This document shows, in pieces, positions 1 to 13,713 of a stretch of 64,000 nt of DNA (position 1 is the first letter of the stretch; each line of letters begins with the position of its first letter). Both the position numbers and the translations under genes were made by a program. The stretch is from positions 42,284,001 to 42,348,000 of the forward strand of contig NC_042999.1 in the NCBI RefSeq assembly GCF_006345805.1, in the 5' to 3' direction. The notes beneath the pieces were generated by a model. That model had not been told where the DNA came from. It searched no databases and saw only the letters and a list, made by a program, of their open reading frames with translations. Source of the DNA: Octopus sinensis. Its lineage: Eukaryota.

Positions 1-8
1 CATTATTT

Positions 9-155
9 ACATTATTTACATTTGACGGATATTTGTCCTCATCTGCTTTGTTGTTAACACAACGTTTCGGCTGATGAAGGCTGGTGGGTATATCAGCCGA
101 AACGTGTTAACAACAAACAAGATGAGGACAAATATCCGTCAAATGTAAATAATGT
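9..155. repeat. Fold-back inverted repeat (~65-bp arms, 16-nt spacer) of a Penelope-type terminal sequence
   Basis: 9-75 is the near-perfect reverse complement of 92-155; the same sequence occurs unfolded at 48340-48423. Confidence 0.9.
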
Positions 156-165
156 ACATACAAAT

Positions 166-335
166 GTGGTTGTGTGGCAAGGAGCTTGCCTCCCAACCAC
201 ATGGTTCCGGGTTCAGTCCCACTGCGTGGTACCTTGGAGCTTGGGCGAATGCATTCTACTGTAGTCTCAGGCCGACCAAAGCCTTGTGAGTAGATTTGGT
301 ACACGGGAACTAGAAGCCCATCGTATATATATATA

Positions 336-366
<31 letters not shown>

Positions 367-640
367 AAAGCACACACACATATATATACATACATATGTG
401 TGTGTGTGTGTGTGTGGCTGTGTGTGTGTGTGTGGCTCTGTGTGTGTTTGTATCTCCGCCATCCCTTGATAACCGATGCTGGTGTGCTTATGTCCCCGTA
501 ATTTAGCAGTTCGTCGAAAGAGTACGATAGAATAAGTACTAGCCTTACAAAGAATAAGTCCTGGGGTCGATTTCTTCGACTAACATCTCTTAAGGTGGTG
601 CTCCAGCATGGCCTCAGTCAAGTAGAAGAAGAAAAGAAAA
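166..640 (+). mobile_element. SINE-A: bipartite tRNA-derived SINE with internal microsatellite
   Basis: Head GTGG..GTGTGG / GGTTCAGTCCC (A/B-box-like), body GCCGACCAAAGCCTTGTGAG, internal (TA)n(TG)n, then 3' module ACCGATGCTGGTG...CTCCAGCATGGCC; same layout at 7421, 27781, 46664. Confidence 0.85.
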
Positions 641-826
641 TATATATTATTTAGATAAAGATAGTTATGGCTGCTTCATAGGGTTAGCCAGACGTCGTAA
701 AACTAAGCGCTTTACGTACTCAAAACCCCGGGAAACCTTATAAGCAAGCCGTAACAATCTTTATCTAAATCCTCTACTGCTCTATAACTTAGTGTGCTTC
801 TCTTTTGAATCTGTGATTTACTGACG

Positions 827-872
<46 letters not shown>

Positions 873-1082
873 ATGTATACGTGTGTGTGTGTACGTACGT
901 ATGTACATATGTATGTGTGTATTCTAGCACAAAAGAAACGTGCTCCAGGCTGTCTTACGTTAGTGTAACTATACACTGACCAAAGTGTTTTTTCTTAATG
1001 TAAAATCCTTGAAGTAACATACTTACATACACACACACAGAGACACGCACACACGCATATATGTATAATGTATATATATATA

Positions 1083-1466
1083 CTAGCAGTATCACCCGGC
1101 GTTGCTCAGGTTTGTAAGGGAAATAACTATAAAGCATTTTTAGAGAGTTATAGCCAAAAAATAGCCAAAAAATGGAAAAAAATGATGGTAAATTTTTTTT
1201 GAGAGTTAAAAATGGTGGAGTTGCGTCCCCTAGACAGTTTATGGTTTGTGTTTCTGATTCTCGACCCCATGTCGAATTTATCGATTTTTTTCAGAACTGG
1301 GGGAACTTTTCAAAATTTTCGCTTCGTTAGTTTTGAATTATGACATTGGGCTATGTGTGTGTCAAGTTTCATCAGAATCAGTTGAAAGCCGTGGTCAGGG
1401 TGAGGGTACAAGCAAACAGACACACAGAAACACGCACAGACAAACTGCCGTTTATATAGAGAGAGA
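1083..1466 (-). mobile_element. Non-autonomous Helitron
   Basis: Minus strand starts A|TC, ends CTAG|T, with subterminal hairpin CCTGAGCAACGCCGGG; 3' ~115 nt shared with 9781-10173. Confidence 0.75.
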
Positions 1467-1619
1467 TATATGTGTGTGTGTCAGAGAGAGAAAGAGAGAA
1501 ATAGCTAGCTAGATAGATAGATAGATAGTACACACATATACACACATGTATGCAAACATATATATACATACTTTTGTGTGTGCGTGTATGCGTGTGTGTG
1601 TGTGTGTATGGGTGTGTGT

Positions 1620-1663
<44 letters not shown>

Positions 1664-1840
1664 GCTAACTCTTAGACATCATTACTTGTGTTTCTAATTA
1701 GATACGTCTAAGTTACTTAAACTTTTTTAGTTAAACACATGCTTTTAAAATGAAAGTATATTTTTCCCCCTGGAGTAAAAATTTTAAAAATAGCATACAA
1801 TATTTTAAGTAAACTTCAATGCTTTTATTACTTTTATTAC

Positions 1841-1903
1841 CTATTTTTTCGAAAATTCTGCCGAGATTTTCTTTAGTTGCTCGAATTTCTGCCAAATCAG
1901 CAA
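1841..1903 (-). CDS. Candidate internal exon (63 nt, phase 1-1), ADLAEIRATKENLGRIFEKI
   Basis: Acceptor cactttctcttgcag, donor G|gtaata, open frame; no homology recognised. Confidence 0.3.
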   Translation of the reverse strand: MLIWQKFEQLKKISAEFSKK

Positions 1904-2184
1904 CTGCAAGAGAAAGTGAATTCAATAAAATCCATGGTGATAAGCACGAGTGAGGTTTTTGAAAAATGCGAAATTTACAACGAATGGAATGACAGGAAGT
2001 AGGCGTTACAGTGAATGCTAACCATTGTTCAATTTGTTTAAAGAGGTCTGAAAGCTGTGTTTAATCATTTAAGATTTGACAATAGCAGTTCATTTTTATG
2101 AAGAAATATTCATGCTGGAATTTGTTTCTAGCTAACGACATTCATCGAAGACTTAACAGGAAGGTCGTATAGTTTTGGCTACAG

Positions 2185-2460
2185 AGTGGCACTCCGTCGG
2201 TTACAACGATGAGTGTTCCAGTTGATCCCATCAACGGAACAGCCTGCTCGTGAAATTAACGTGCAAGTGGATGAGCACTCTAGGGACACGTGTATCCTTA
2301 ACGTAGTTCTCAGGGAGATTCAGCGTGATACACAGTGTGACGAGGCTGGCCCTTCAAAATACAGGTACTACTCATTTTTGCCAGCTGAGTGGACTTATTT
2401 TTGCCAGTTAAACAACGTTAAATAAAGTGCTCAAGGACACAATGCATCGCGGGAGAACTT
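2185..2460 (-). mobile_element. SINE-D2 with tail 1
   Basis: Reverse complement of the GTGTCCTTGAGCA head-body and the ...GCAGGCTGTTCCGTTGA...GACGGAGTGCCA tail seen at 34620, 60043, 4633, 62429. Confidence 0.8.
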
Positions 2461-2479
2461 GCTGAAAAGAAGCCAGTCG

Positions 2480-2650
<171 letters not shown>

Positions 2651-3194
2651 GGTGGCTGCCCCCTCGTTATCGAGTATGGCCATTGCACGAAGCTTAATCA
2701 ATGTTGTTATCGTGCAATGCCTTTGCAAGAAGGTTTTTATTTGAAGTGAGGAAAGGCTGTGCACTGAGTCAATCCCACTCTTTAAGCAACAGCAGCCATA
2801 ATCCGAAAAGAAGAACAAGTCAACATCATCGGTAACCACTGAGCCGCAGGTTTTATGCCGGAGTTATCCCAGTTACTTGAGTTACCTTCTCCTAGAAGGA
2901 TGCCCTAACAAAAGCTAGGAGTCCTTCACTTTAACCACGCGATCGGGTATTCAGTCCGATTATTTCTATGTCCCCGCGCATGATACAGCCTTAAGACATT
3001 TATTGGATGGCCGTTGACTCTCAAGAGTTCCTCCGCCTTTTGACGGGTTTTGTTTTTCATTCCGCATGGTGTCCAATAAACACCCTCCCCACCAAGCAAG
3101 CTTGGTGGGGTTGCCAGTTTAGTCGCCAACGACCCGACCATGCAACAGGTTGTACTGGGTTACATGTTACCAGTAGCACTCGAAAGTGACCTGA
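2651..3194 (-). mobile_element. ~545-bp non-coding element flanked by (CATA)n on both sides; probable non-autonomous RTE derivative
   Basis: GC-richer unique block between two CATA tracts; GGGCATCCTTCTAGGAGAAGGTAACTC and GGCGACTAAACTGGCAACC resemble RTE 5' UTR motifs from memory; no ORF. Confidence 0.45.
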
Positions 3195-3227
3195 CATACA
3201 TACATACATACATACATACATACATAC

Positions 3228-3259
<32 letters not shown>

Positions 3260-4195
3260 CAGGCTGCGGTGAATATATTGTCGCCTAAATTACACAAAAA
3301 TGAAAATGACACTGACATCTCATTTTAACAGATATATTTACCAATTTGCATTAAAATATCTTGAAATACAAACGAGTAAATTTATTCAATAAAGTCGCTA
3401 TTGGCTTAAACCACGACCTCCAGACGACTTCGGAATCTGCTGCAACTTTTCTGGGCTGTCTTCTTGTTTAAGTTGGTGAATGCTGCCTTAATCCTTGCCT
3501 TCAGTTCCTCTTTGGTGTTACAAGGAATTTTGATGGTCTCTCGCTCAAATGCACTCCACACATAATAAGCAAGGGAGTTGCAGTCTGGGAAGTTAGGTTG
3601 CCAGATGATACGGGTGATGTGGTCGTAGAAATTGTCTGACATCCATAATTAGTTTCTCCTGCTTGTGTGGCATGGTGCAGAGTCCTGTTGCCAGATATAG
3701 GATCTTCTAACAGTTACCTTCTTGACCCAGAGCAGCACTACTTCCTCCAGGCACCTGATGTAGGCCTCCATGTTGAGTCTGAAGCCATGTGAGAAGATGA
3801 ATGGAGGCATAATGTCACCATCACTAGTGATCGCTCCAAACACCATGATGTTGACTGGCTATTTGATTTTTTGTCACTCTCGGTACATGTTTGGGGGACA
3901 TGGCAAGCCAACGGTTGTTCTGTGTGTTCACCATCTGATCATGGCAGAAATTTTCCTCGTCTGAGAAATGCCTAAGCATGTTCGGCTGGGGTGTGGTAGA
4001 GGATATTTGAGTTTGTTCAAAAGCTTCGTAGCGCGTTCTTTCTTCTTGTCTTTGATGGCTTGAGATAAACATTAGCCCTTTCTTAGCTTGTATGAGGAAT
4101 ACTGAATGTCTTCATGCTCTACCTGCCTGATAAGAAACTCAGACACTCCCATCTATCTGGCGATGGAGTTGATTGACTTGGAAGAATCACTGTCC
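3260..4195 (-). mobile_element. Degenerate maT (DD37D) Tc1/mariner transposon, 3' part with TIR
   Basis: ORFs 3649-3846 and 3406-3642 are in frame across one TAA: WQQDSAPCH...WQPNFPDCNSLAY with 37 residues between the second D and the third-D position (now A); TIR CAGGCTGCGGTGAATATATTGTCGCC next to TA at 3258-3259. Confidence 0.85.
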
Positions 4196-4597
4196 CCGTA
4201 ACTTAGCGATCCGACGAAAGAGACCGATAGATTAAGAGCCAGGCTTTAAAATTTTAAAAGAAAGTCCAGGGGTCGTTTCATTCGACTAATATTTTTCAAG
4301 GCGGTGCTCCAGCAACACTTTCAACAACTAGACCACACGCCTTCGTATACGTCTCGTTTATGTGTGTGTATGTATATATATTAGCCGGTGTTTTTCAAAC
4401 AATGAATAGCTTTGCGTAACCCATGGTCCGTTTTGTTCTCTTACTTTATTATCATCTTATAATCATCTCATAATAATGACCTTTTATGACTCGTATTACT
4501 ACCTCAGTTAATCTAAATGTATATATTTGTCATTACCTGTTATAAATAGCCTTTTTTTATTTGCAATATGCATTTTCGTTGATTTTTCATATTTTAC

Positions 4598-4631
<34 letters not shown>

Positions 4632-4632
4632 T

Positions 4633-5011
4633 GGAGACGCAATGGTCCAGTGGTTATGGCAGCGGACTCACGGTCATAGGATCGCGGTTTCGATTCCCAG
4701 ACCGGGCGTTGTGAGTGTTTATTGAGAGAAAACACCTAAAGCTCCACGAGGCTCCGGCAGGGGATGGTGGCGAACCCTGCTGTACTCTTTCATCATAACT
4801 GTTTCTCACTCTTACTTCCTGTTTCTGCTGTACCTGTAATTCAAAGGGCCAGCCTTGTCACACTCTGTGTCACGCTGCATATCCTCGAGAACTAAGTTAA
4901 GGGTACACGAGTCTGTGGACTGCTCAGCCACTTGCTCGTTAATTTCACGAGCAGGCTGTTCCGTTGATCAGATCAACTGGAACCCACGTCGTCGTAAGCG
5001 ACAGAATGCCA
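4633..5011 (+). mobile_element. SINE-D1 with tail 1
   Basis: tRNA-like head GGAGACGCAATGGTCCAGTGG...GGTTTCGATTCCC, body and tail nearly identical to 62429-62811. Confidence 0.9.
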
Positions 5012-5078
5012 ACAATGTACATACAGGTGTCTATGTTTGTGCATAGCTGACCGCAGTTTTAAAACTGAAACAATATAA

Positions 5079-5134
<56 letters not shown>

Positions 5135-5473
5135 GTATGTGTGTATGTATGCATGCATGTATGTATGTATGCATGTATGTATGTCTATGAGTTATTTTTG
5201 TAGAAATAATTTAATCAGGCAGCTAGTGATTTGTGAGTTCATTGTATAGTAATGTGTGTAATTATCGCTATGATTAATGATGTGCAGGTGTGTTAGACTA
5301 AAGGTGTAAGATATGGTAGAGTCACGAGAATCGATTTAGTGAAACCAAACACATACGTTCAAACATATGTGTCTGTGTGCGTGTGTATGCGTATGCGTGT
5401 GTGTCTATATTGATGTATGTATATTGATGTGGGTATAGTTCAAAAAACAAACATTTCGAAAGGTATATATATG

Positions 5474-5512
<39 letters not shown>

Positions 5513-5589
5513 CTCCAGATATATAAGTATATACCTTTATATATATATATAATATAATATGTATATATATATATATAATATATATATAT

Positions 5590-5630
<41 letters not shown>

Positions 5631-5708
5631 GTATATTCGCACGCACACATCGCTCGTGCTTGCTTACTTACGTGCGTGCTTGCGTGTGTGCGTGCGTGTG
5701 TGCGTACG

Positions 5709-5744
<36 letters not shown>

Positions 5745-6691
5745 TGAGTACGAGCGTGCGTGCATGCGTGAGTGAGTGCGTACGTGCATGCGTGCGTGCG
5801 TGTAGACATGTATGAGCTTCTACCTGTATTTGTGTATAAATTTATGTACATATGTATGTATATAGTTCGAAATGCTTAATCGTTTGCGATGTGGTTCTTG
5901 CTTCCTTCCTTTCTCTCTTTCTTTCTTTCCTTTCTTTCTCTCCTCTTTTCTTCCTTTCTTTCTTTCCTTTTTCTTTCTTCCTCTCTTTCTTTATTCATCT
6001 CTTTATTTTTTTTTTTATTCAAGTCTTCTAGACGAACATAACAAAAGCTATTCAAACCGACCGAGAGAGAGGAAAACAAGAATAAATAAATAAATAAATA
6101 TATAAATATATAAATGAATAAATAAGCGAAAACAAAATGTATTTATAGATTTGTTAGTATTGATTAAATTACATTCTATAACCCTCTCTGATAATCGATA
6201 ACAAATAATAACAGTAAAAAGAAACTAACTCTAGCAGAGGCAACAATTGCTACAAAAACAACAGCTAAAACAACGGTACCTACGCCAACTACGTCGACAT
6301 CAATATCCATAAAGCATTCTAGACAACAATGATAAGCATAGACAATAATATGTACATACAGCAGAATGGTTCCGTCTTCTAAAACACCGGAGAGGAGGGT
6401 GGATGCTGTAAAATGTAAAGTTTTGTGTGTGTTTCGTGAGCAATTTTTCTTGTGTTGCTGGGGGTTTTTTTATATATTTTAAATAATATAAAGATGTCTT
6501 TGTTGTGTTTTTTTTTTTGTTATTTTTCTCCTCTAATTGTTCGTCTCACGCTCTCGTCTTTTGCAACCATAATATACATTACAATATTACACACGTACAC
6601 ACACATACATACAAACATACATACATACAAACATACACACACACGCATATACACATACATACATACATACATACATACATACATACATACA

Positions 6692-6727
<36 letters not shown>

Positions 6728-6749
6728 TACATGTGTGTGTGCGTCTGTG

Positions 6750-6783
<34 letters not shown>

Positions 6784-7420
6784 ATATATATACATGTATA
6801 TATATGTGTGTGTATTCATATACATACATACACACACATAGACACATACGCACATCCATGCACATATATGTATATAAATGTATGTATGTATGCAAATACG
6901 TACGTACATATATATATGGGGGGATGTGTATACACACATACACGCGCACGCACACACATATATAATATAATGTATATAATATATAATACATATATATATA
7001 TATATATATATATACACATGCACATATATACACATATACTCACACTCCATTTCTTGCATTTCTCGTTAGCATCATATTATTATATTTACATAGCTTTCCT
7101 TCAAACCAATACAGCACACTCTCAACTTCTTGGACAGAAACATATTCTGGTTTGTTCGAAAACTAGTTGCTGGTATAATAGCTACACTACGCCATGTTAT
7201 TGTTACACCAATTTGCATTAAACACTCTCGAGATACAGTTCTAAAAAGAAGAACTTTATATGCAATAGCATTCCGTTTCGGTTTACGATACACATTTGTT
7301 TCGGTGCCTGACAATGTGTATATTTTCAAACGTGTGAATTTTAAACTCTTTATCCTTAATACCGTTCATGAAAACCATATTTCTAAGTATATGTCCTGTT
7401 TTATTAATTTATATATTCAT

Positions 7421-7592
7421 AGGCACAGGCGTGGCCGTGGGGTGAAAAGCTTGCTTCCCAACCACATAGTTCCGGGTTCAGTCCCACTGTGTGACACCTT
7501 GGCCAAGTGTCTTCTGCTATAGCGCAGGGCCGACCAAAGCTTTGTGAGTGGATTTGGTAGAAAGAAACTGAAAGAAGCCCTTCGTATATATA

Positions 7593-7675
<83 letters not shown>

Positions 7676-7922
7676 TACATATATATATAAATGTATGTAT
7701 TTATATATGTTTGGGTGTGTCTTTGTGTCTGTGTTTGTCCCCTCAACATCGCTTGACAATCGATGTTGGTGCGTTTACGTCCCTGTAACTTAGCAGAGAA
7801 CGATAGAGTAATTACTAGGCTTACAAATAATGAGTCCTGGGATCGATTTCTTCGACTAAAATAGCCCTTTAAGGTGATGCACCAGCATGGCCACAATCAA
7901 ATGAATGAAATAAATAAAAGAA
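7421..7922 (+). mobile_element. SINE-A, full bipartite copy with long internal (TA)n
   Basis: Same head, internal microsatellite and 3' module as 166-640. Confidence 0.9.
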
Positions 7923-8094
7923 TAATTGTATATGCGAAAATAAGTAAGTACACTTTTATTTTTTTCAATGAATATGACTCCTTTTTATTTTAAGCGTTAC
8001 TTGACTTCGTTATATAATTCAATAACTTTGTATGACTCAAATAAACGAACCTATGTTATAAAAATATTACTAGCAACATTATTGCTATATTTCC

Positions 8095-8190
8095 ATCTTA
8101 TCCACGGAGATGAAAGCATCTTTGATACAGCTGCCTCGCATTACATCAATGCATTAGCGAGGTCTGGTTTTAAGAAAAAAAATTATCACT
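8095..8190 (+). pseudogene. Penelope-like reverse transcriptase fossil fragment
   Basis: Translation DESIFDTAASHYINALARSGF resembles the IF..A...Y..AL..SGF segment C-terminal to Penelope RT. Confidence 0.4.
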
Positions 8191-8289
8191 TACTTTGATT
8201 TCACGCCAGATAAACCTTCAAGCAATATAACTAAATGATTCCTTACACTAACTGACGACCACTTACCACGATCACATAAATACCTTTAT

Positions 8290-8575
8290 TTTTTATCTTC
8301 TATCGTTTACTAGTTTCGGTCATTAGACTGCGGTCAGACTGGGGCACCGCCTTGAATTTTACTCGAATTAATCGACCCCAGTACTTATTCTTTAAGACCT
8401 AAAATTTATTCTATCGGTCTCTTTCAGCCAACTATCAACTTACAGGAATATAAACACACCAACACCGGTCGTCAAGTGATGCTGGGGAACTCACACTCAG
8501 GTGTCATGCAGTGAAACTGGACCCGGAACCATGCAGTTTGGAAACAAATTTCTTATAGCCCAGCCACACCTCAAA
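8290..8575 (-). mobile_element. SINE-A, internally deleted degenerate copy
   Basis: Reverse complement of the 3' module (8290-8480) joined to a head fragment (8490-8575). Confidence 0.7.
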
Positions 8576-9780
8576 ATATTTAATAAAAATCCAATAAAAG
8601 TTAGTTCTACTTGCTTACCCGGTATAGGATCACAAATATCTAGCCACAACAAATAAATTTTAGGACGTTCTCCTCCACCTCATCCCCACCTACAGCAGTG
8701 GTGCTACTGCAGATGCACCGGTAACCAGCATCTTACAAAGATAACTTGAGGCAGAGCTGGTATACAGAGTCGGCATTTCCGATGTTTTGGAACATCAAGA
8801 CGTATAATATTTTAACAAGAAACATCTTCAAGAATAGATTCATACACCACAGAGCTTCGTCCAAAAGTAAATAGAACTCGGCGTCACTAATTAAATTCGT
8901 GTGGTGCTTAAAGACTACAGAGTGAGTTACTTACTTATGAAGTGGAACATTATAACCAAAATTTATAAGTATTGGTCTTTAAAATACAGAACTTGTCAGT
9001 GAACATTCTCAACATGAGAGAAGAGACTGTGTCTCCTTGACCACACAGAAATACTTCAAATTATAAACCACTCCGTGTGTAGAGATGTGAAAGGTATGTG
9101 CTTATGAGTGTTATCTATATTTGCGTATGTGCGTTAGTAGTTAATATGAACCGTTGCACTCTAGACATACAGGTGTATGTATACTCATTTCAAATTATAA
9201 CTTGTTTTTAATTTAATTTCGCTTTTAATCTATAACCACACGACGTTATTGCATTGTCTTTATATTGTGTATGTTTATATATTTGTGTGTTGTATGTTTT
9301 GTGTGTTTTGTGTGTTTCACACCCTCGCTTCTTTCTTTCTCTTTCCTTCTTCCTCCTCCTCCTCCTCTCTCTCTCTCTCTATCTTTCTCTCTCTCTCTCT
9401 TTATTTTAACAGGTCATCAGTCTGGTGGCAACGTTATAACGGATAGAAGCAAATAAGAGACTTTCTAATTATCTCAAAAGTTCCCATCACAACCATTCGT
9501 ATTTTAAATTATAAAAATATTTTACCGTGTTTTCTTGTCGTTGTTTTGTTAATCAAAACCATAAAGGATAAAATAAGAAGTTGCTTTTCCACCATTTGTG
9601 TTAATACCTAATTTGTAGTGCTTATCATGATTAACATAAAACTGAAAATTACGAGTGGAAAGTTGTTCAGATATAACTACACCAAACGTGTACTAAGGTT
9701 GAAGGTAGCTGACTTTAATAAGAAGGAACGTTTTTATTTTGTAGTCCCAAGGACAGCAATGATAGGTCATTTATGCTTAA

Positions 9781-10173
9781 CTAGCAGTATCGCCCGGCGT
9801 TGCTCGGGTTTGTAAGGGAAATAACTATAAAGCATTTTTAGAGAGTTATAGCCAAAAAACAGCAAAAAATGCATTAAAAATAGAAAAAAATTATGGTAAA
9901 TTTTTTTAAATCGTTGACTCATCATAGACATTTTTAGAGAGTTACTTCCCTTCATTTAAAAAATATGCTTTAAAATGGAAAAAAATTATGGTAAATTATT
10001 TTTAAAATCGTAGACTCATCGTAGACGCGCGCTAATACCCAGAAGAGCTCGATGTGAATCACGACTATATGATACCCGGTTTTGGTTAAACTGCACCGCA
10101 AAATGTGGGAGTAGTTAGGAATCTAAATCGTAGGAGACAGACACTCACACAACTTCACTTTTATATATATAGA
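9781..10173 (-). mobile_element. Non-autonomous Helitron
   Basis: A|TCTATATATATAAAAG 5' end, CCCGAGCAACGCCGGG hairpin then CTAG|T 3' end. Confidence 0.8.
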
Positions 10174-11343
10174 TTTGGATAAATATTCCTTTGATCCTTA
10201 GCATCTGATATGTTTGTCTCTATCGTGTTTTTTTTTTCTATTTCTATTTTTACTTTTATTCATCTTTGCTCCATTTTTATCTTGCTATCATATCTTTTGT
10301 CCACTCATTGTTATCCCGTAGGACATTTAATGGTTCGATTAAATAATGTAGACGTTGAGCATTGGAATCAATGTAATCGACTTCTCTCTCCTCTCAAAAT
10401 TGCTGGCTTTGTGCGAATATTAAAAATAATTATCTCGGAGACATTCTTTTATAATTAATAAAGAACTAATATCCTGAGTATTTTTATTGTAATCCCTTTT
10501 TTCTTAACAACTAACATGTTTTTTGTTGTTTTTTTTCTGTAAATGATTTTTAGTGCAACCTTCTTGCGCATAAATTTCATGGAGGCCATTTTTTAGGCAA
10601 GCTGTTATAAACTGGTCGGCATTCTACGTCAGTAATTTAATGCAATCTATTTTCCCTGTAGTCTACCACCTTTTTTTTCTTTAAAGTTCTAATGTATAAC
10701 CATCTGATTGATCTAATACATTTTTGTGTTAGATTATCAGACGATAATGTTCTTTGAAGCATTGCTTCACGCGTCCTAGCTACCTGTTAATAATTTTGAA
10801 CGCAGGTACATAGCCTTTCTACCATAAGCATAAGGCCAGAGTTTTCGAAATTTCTTTCATCTTATACGGTCTCTATTCGTAAAAATAAATGATGAATCTG
10901 CACATCTATGTGCTGGCCTTGGCGAGATTTTTTGTTGAAGACTGCCCGTAGTCGACACAGGAAAGTTTCTCTCTTCTCTGCGCCACCGATGTTTATCCAA
11001 GGAAAAGGCCGCTGACTTAGGCCTATACAGATTGGAAATATTGTCGTCTCAGGCGTTGATGCCAGTATGTAAAAAACTAGAAGAGACACTACTTATCAAA
11101 CTCAAACAGTCATGTCAGTTCGCTGTACTGAGTTTATATTTTCTTTTAACGAAGTCGGAACGATGAAAGGTGGAACACACTTCGGCGGGATATGAACTTA
11201 GAACGAAGAATAGATATGGCGCAGTGTTTTGTCCACTGTTCGAACGACTCTACAAATTCGCAGCCGTTCCGACTTTGTGCGAGAAATAATTTTTTTAAAT
11301 ATTTCTACAGATATTGATTTCAAATTTCAGCGAAAAAAACAAT

Positions 11344-11982
11344 AATTTCGAGGCAGGGGCTAAGTCGATTCCATCGACCCCGTTGCTCAACTGATACTTG
11401 TTTTATTGACCTTGAAGGGATGAAAGGCAAAGTCGAACTCAGCGGAATTTGAACTCAGAACGTAAAGATGAACGAAATACCGCGAAGCATTTTCCCCGGC
11501 GTGCTAACGATTCTTATTTCTTTACTGCCCACAAGGGGCTACACACAGAGGGGACAAACAAGGACAGACAAACGGATTAAGTCGATTAGATCGACCCAGT
11601 GCGTAACTGGTACTTAATTTATCGACCCCGAAAGGATGAAAGGCAAAGTCGACCTCGGCGGAATTTGAACACAGAACGTAGCGGCAGACGAAATACTGCT
11701 AAGCATTTCTCCCGGCGTGCTAACGATTCTGCCAGCTCGCCGCCTTTATAAATTTCTTTACTACCCACAAGGGGCAAAACACAGAGAGGACAAACAAGGA
11801 CAGACAAATGGATTAAGTCGATTACATCGACCTCGGTGCGTAACTGGTACTTATTTAATCGACCCCGAACGGATGAAAGGCAAAGTCGACCTCGGCGGAA
11901 TTTGAACTCAGAACGTAGCGGCAGACGAAATACTGCTAAGCATTTCGGCCGGCGTGCTAACGTTTCTGCAAGCTCTCAGCCT
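11344..11982 (-). mobile_element. SINE-C trimer
   Basis: Three consecutive copies of the core GAGGTCGACTTTGCCTTTCATCCTTTCGGGGTCGAT; heads with TGGCAGAA (A box) and GAGTTCAAATTCC (B box). Confidence 0.9.
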
Positions 11983-13265
11983 TCTATGTTTCTACTAATA
12001 TTAAAATTTTCAGTTATATTGAGTTTTTACAACGACTAGATCAGTAAGTCAATTATAAGGACGTGGTTAGGTACCGAAAAGATGTTGTGACCAATATGTC
12101 TGTGTTATATACTGCGAGAGGGGTGACCATAATTTTGTTAAAACATATTTTTAAAGTATTCATTTCTTGTTTTCTACTTGTGAACAGATTCGTCATATCT
12201 GCCATTTTCATCTTTCCAAAAAATATTTGTAATTCTCACCAAGCTGTGTAGGTGTTATTGTTAGGCCCATTATTTTCGGTTTCCTTGGCATGATAGAATT
12301 TTTTATTACTATTATTATTTTTCGCTTTACCATCGTAAATGGTTATTTTTAACTCATAAATTTTCATTCAAATGTTTGCAGAGTGTTGGTTAATTATGTC
12401 CAACAGCATGTTAATGTGGTTAATACATGGGTCACAGCTTCAACTCGCTCACACACAAACACACACACACACATACACACCAAAGAAAAACAAAGATTAA
12501 AATGAAATTTCAAGTAATACTTTCAACAAGCAATGATTTGTGAGCAGGTATGATAGTGAACTTCACACAAAAAAAGCAATATTAACAAGCATCCGCTTTG
12601 CTGAAAGCCATTTTGGTAATATATAATGTCAGAGTTAATTAGTTTGTTATAACTTCTCAGAAGTAAAGCTGTGTACCATGCCTTCATTACATTTTCTTTT
12701 TTAAACAGAATCTCAACTTCAGCTAATTTTAAATCATTGCTCAGTCACTCATATGCTATGTCACTAAATGCTTCTGGTAGTCGCGACATATCACTATGAC
12801 ATTCGTTCGAGTTTTTTCTTCGTATTATTTCTTCTTGAATCATATTTATTTAGCTGCAGGTCATTCTTAGTTTAATAGACCTCTGTGGAAAGCCGTTACA
12901 GCCCTGCCTATCCTGTTTATTTTCAAATACAATATATAACTAGAGATAAATTACTCAACGCGTCCTTTTAATTTAACTGCTGTTTCTGGAAAGTCAATTG
13001 ATGACGTAAAAGCAATATCCTACTCTGTTTTTAATTTACTTTCATAACAGACAGCCGCTTTAACTCCATCAATTCATCGGCAAAAAAAATTTGATAAAGT
13101 ATTGAGTACCATATTTTGCATATGTGAGTCTTCTTCTGACTAAGAACACACAAGAATACATGTACATATTTGTGTGTGATTGTGATTGTGTACGCACACA
13201 AGACTCAAACAGGCTGATGCATTACGTGAGCAAACTGCGCAAGCGGATACTGCCAAAATAGTCGC

Positions 13266-13354
<89 letters not shown>

Positions 13355-13363
13355 GCACGGACG

Positions 13364-13399
<36 letters not shown>

Positions 13400-13681
13400 G
13401 GCAGACAGACAGACGGACGGTCGGAGACAGACAGACGGACGGAGACAGACAGACGGACGGAGACAGACAGACAGACAGACAGACAGACGGACAGACGGAC
13501 GAGCGGACACAGACAAACGGATGGAGACAGACAAACGGACGGACGGACGGACGGACGGAAACAAACAAACAGACGGACGGAGACAGACAAACAGACAGAC
13601 AGACGGATGGACGGATGGACGGAGACAGACAAACAGACAGACAGACGGATGGACGGATGGACGGAGACAGACTGACAGACT

Positions 13682-13713
<32 letters not shown>

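Noticed and set aside
11344-11982. Regularly repeated ~230-bp units that could suggest a CRISPR-like or satellite array
   Set aside because: Units are dispersed SINE-C monomers with Pol III boxes and TSDs; there are no unique spacers or cas genes.
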